DNA of 64,000 nt, from the NCBI RefSeq assembly GCF_964355755.1, contig NC_092678.1, positions 698,422 to 762,421 of the forward strand. The letters are read 5' to 3'. Source of the DNA: Antedon mediterranea. Its lineage: Eukaryota; Animalia; Echinodermata. Positions 60,997 to 64,000 of the stretch are shown here, one piece after another. Below the pieces are notes generated by a model, which was not told the origin of the DNA, did not search any database, and worked only from the letters and a program-made list of their open reading frames with translations. The translations under genes were made by a program, and so were the position numbers. Position 1 is the first letter of the stretch. The number at the start of each line of letters is the position of its first letter.

Positions 60997-61905
60997 TGTT
61001 ATGCGCGATTTGAACGATTTTCGCAATTTAAAATTGCGCAAAGAATTCTTGCGCAATTTGAAATTGCGCAAGGATTTTCTTGCGCAATATTAAATTGCGC
61101 AATCAACTTGCGCAAGAATTCTTTGCGCAAGAAAATCCTTGCGCAATTTCAAATTGCGCTGCACAATTTGTAAATTGCTCAAGATAGTTCTTGCGCAATA
61201 TGACACCTTTGCGCAATTTGAAAACGAACTGTTATTTTTATTATTGTACTCATTGTTGTTGAGAATGGTACCGAAAGGTTAGTCTTTTTTGTCATTAAAT
61301 TTAATTTTTAAGTTAAATAGTAAACGTCTAATAATTCGTAATAATTATTGTTTCTAAAAAAAATCCAATCGTTATTAGTCTTATTAATCGTCATTAGTAC
61401 TGATATTTGAATTGAAATTATTATATTACTATTGGTATTTATTTATGCCTTCTCCTCATATTATGTGTGAATATGGTAATTTATAGAACCATTGGGAATT
61501 CGAGATTTTTTTTATTCGGAAAAAAAAACCCGGGAGGGAGGCTCCCGGGAGGGAGGCAGGCTCCCGGGAGGGAGGCAGGCTCCCGGGAGGGAGGCAGGCT
61601 CCCGGGAGGGAGGCTCCCGGGAGGGTAAGGAGGCTCCCGGGAGGGTAAGGAAATGCGATATTATCTTTAATTTTGAATCATTCTTAGTAATTACTAAAAA
61701 AATATGGGTGTGCATGATTTCACAATCTGTCGAAAAACCTTGCGCAATTTGCAGATTACTTGCGCAATTTAATACGTTGCTTGCGCAATTTGAAACACAT
61801 GTTTCAATTCAAAATGCGCAAGGAATTTTTTGCGTAATTTTAAATTGCGCAAGAAAAACCTTGCGCAATTTCAAATTGCGCAAATCGTTCAAATCGCGCA
61901 TAACA
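60997..61905. mobile_element. Ginger-like non-autonomous DNA transposon (TGT...ACA ends, 4-bp TSD)
   Basis: Long TIRs TGTTATGCGCGATTTGAACGATTT / AAATCGTTCAAATCGCGCATAACA, with TACG duplicated at 60993-60996 and 61906-61909. It contains many TTGCGCAA palindromes and an internal GGGAGGCAGGCTCCC repeat at ~61529-61645. Confidence 0.75.
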
Positions 61906-62282
61906 TACGTACCTCTAAATGCACGAAATGTATGTCGTCACTGTAGACATAGAGGGCGACATACGAAAATGAATACTTTATTTTATTTATCGGCTCTGGA
62001 TTTGGCCAAAATAAAATCAGAATATTTAATGATCGCGCAAATTATGGTCATGACACGGTTGAGTCAGACACTAATCTTATCATCGATATAACAAGCTGCG
62101 AGATAGGCGACACTTTATTTAATACCTCTCAGCGACCGGGTGACGTTGGAAATTTGACTAATATTAGTATTAGTTAATATAGGTTAAAAGATTTGCCGTT
62201 CCGAATTATTTCCCAATAAATACTTGAATGAAGGGGGTGGCGGCGCCGCGAGGGAGGGGACGGTATATACGAGTATACCACC

Positions 62283-64000
62283 ACAGCACAAACAGTGTCG
62301 AGGAAGGGGTGTATTTAACACCACATCGCAAACAGTTTCGAGGGGAGGGGTATGATTAAAACCAGCGCAAACATAGTGTCGAGGGGAGGGGTGTGATTAA
62401 AACCAGTGCAAACACAGTGTCGAAGGAGGGGTGTGATTAAAACCAGCGCAAACACAGTGTCGAGGGGAGGGGTGTGATTAAAACCAGCGCAAACACAGTG
62501 TCGAGGGAGGGGTGTGATTAAAACCAGCGCAAACAGTGTCAAGTGAGGGGTGTGATTAAAACCAGCGCAAAAACAGTGTCGAAGGGGGGGGGGGAGGGGT
62601 AATTAAAACCAGCGCAAACACAGTGTCGAGGGAGGGGTGTGATTAAAACCAGCGCAAACACAGTGTCGAGGAAAGGGGTGTGATTAAAACCAGCGCAACC
62701 ACAGTGTCGAGGGGAGGGTTGTAATTAAAACCAGCGCAAACACAGTGTCGAGGGAGGGGTGTGATTAAAACCAGCGCAAACACAGTGTCGAGGGAGGGGT
62801 GTGATTAAAACCAGCGCAACCACAGTGTCGAGGGGAGGGTTGTAATTAAAGCCAGCGCAAACACAGTGTCGAGGGGAGGTTGATTAAAACCTGCGCAAAC
62901 ACAGTGTCGAGGGGAGGGTTGTAATTAAAGCCAGCGCAAACACAGTGTCGAGGGGAGGTTGATTAAAACCTGCGCAAACACAGTGTCGAGGGGAGGGGTG
63001 TGATTAAAACCAGCGCAACCACAGTGTCGAGGGAGTGGTGTGATTAAAACCAGCGGAAACACACTGTCGAGAGGAGGGTGTGATTAAAACCAGCGCAAAC
63101 ACAGTGTCGAGGGGAGGTTGATTAAAACCAGCGCAAACACAGTGTCGAGGGGAGGTTGATTAAAACCAGCGCAAACACAGTGTCGAAGGAGGGGTGTGAT
63201 TAAAACATGCGCAAACAACACAGTGTCAAGGGGAGGGGTGTGATTAAAACCAGCGCAACCACAGTGTCGAGGGAGTGGTGTGATTAAAACCAGCGCAACC
63301 ACAGTGTCGAGGGGAGGGTTGTAATTAAAGCCAGCGCAAACACAGTGTCGAGGGGAGGTTGATTAAAACCTGCGCAAACACAGTGTCGAGGGGAGGGTTG
63401 TAATTAAAGCCAGCGCAAACACAGTGTCGAGGGGAGGTTGATTAAAACCTGCGCAAACACAGTGTCGAGGGGAGGGGTGTGATTAAAACCAGCGCAACCA
63501 CAGTGTCGAGGGAGTGGTGTGATTAAAACCAGCGGAAACACACTGTCGAGAGGAGGGTGTGATTAAAACCAGCGCAAACACAGTGTCGAGGGGAGGTTGA
63601 TTAAAACCAGCGCAAACACAGTGTCGAGGGGAGGTTGATTAAAACCAGCGCAAACACAGTGTCGAAGGAGGGGTGTGATTAAAACATGCGCAAACAACAC
63701 AGTGTCAAGGGGAGGGGTGTGATTAAAACCAGCGCAACCACAGTGTCGAGGGAGTGGTGTGATTAAAACCAGCGGAAACACACTGTCGAGAGGAGGGTGT
63801 GATTAAAACCAGCGCAAACACAGTGTCGAGGGGAGGTTGATTAAAACCAGCGCAAACACAGTGTCGAGGGGAGGTTGATTAAAACCTGCGCAAACACAGT
63901 GTCGAGGGGAGGGGTGTGATTAAAACCAGCGCAAACACAGTGTCGAGGGGAGGTTGATTAAAACCAGCGCAAACACAGTGTCGAGAGGAGGGTGTGATTA
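62283..64000. repeat. G-rich satellite of ~37-42-bp units with a 479-bp higher-order repeat; runs off the window end
   Basis: Unit GTGATTAAAACCAGCGCAAACACAGTGTCGAGGGGAGGGGT. Variant blocks repeat 479 bp apart, for example the near-identical ORFs at 63084 and 63563. Confidence 0.97.

Noticed and set aside
61492-62091. 199-aa ORF
   Set aside because: It is built from the internal GC repeat and TIR of the Ginger-like element.

Overview
This is AT-rich animal genomic DNA with spliceosomal introns, most likely a marine invertebrate (echinoderm-like is a guess). It is not prokaryotic and contains no CRISPR array. From left to right the window holds: (1) the 5' part of a laminin beta chain gene on the minus strand, with 5 coding exons that run off the window start; (2) a complete 9-exon GMPPB gene (360 aa) on the plus strand, head-to-head with laminin beta; (3) a 3.7-kb satellite of 36-bp units; (4) a tandem cluster of three full-length 4-exon SLC16/MCT-like transporter genes plus one truncated, frameshifted copy, all on the minus strand, with a decayed Ty3/Gypsy LTR retrotransposon in intron 1 of the first; and (5) a repeat-dense end with a Penelope RT fragment, a Ginger-like TIR element and a ~40-bp G-rich satellite. 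MITEs and young minisatellites are abundant. I found no evidence of a wholly new multi-gene system. The most unusual signals are a six-fold tandem array of a GMPPB 5' splice site, tiny CATGG...CCATG palindromes with 7-bp target duplications that look like P-superfamily excision footprints, the LAMB-GMPPB divergent pairing, and minisatellites seeded at transposon junctions. All coordinates were counted by hand and may be off by a few bases for repeats.
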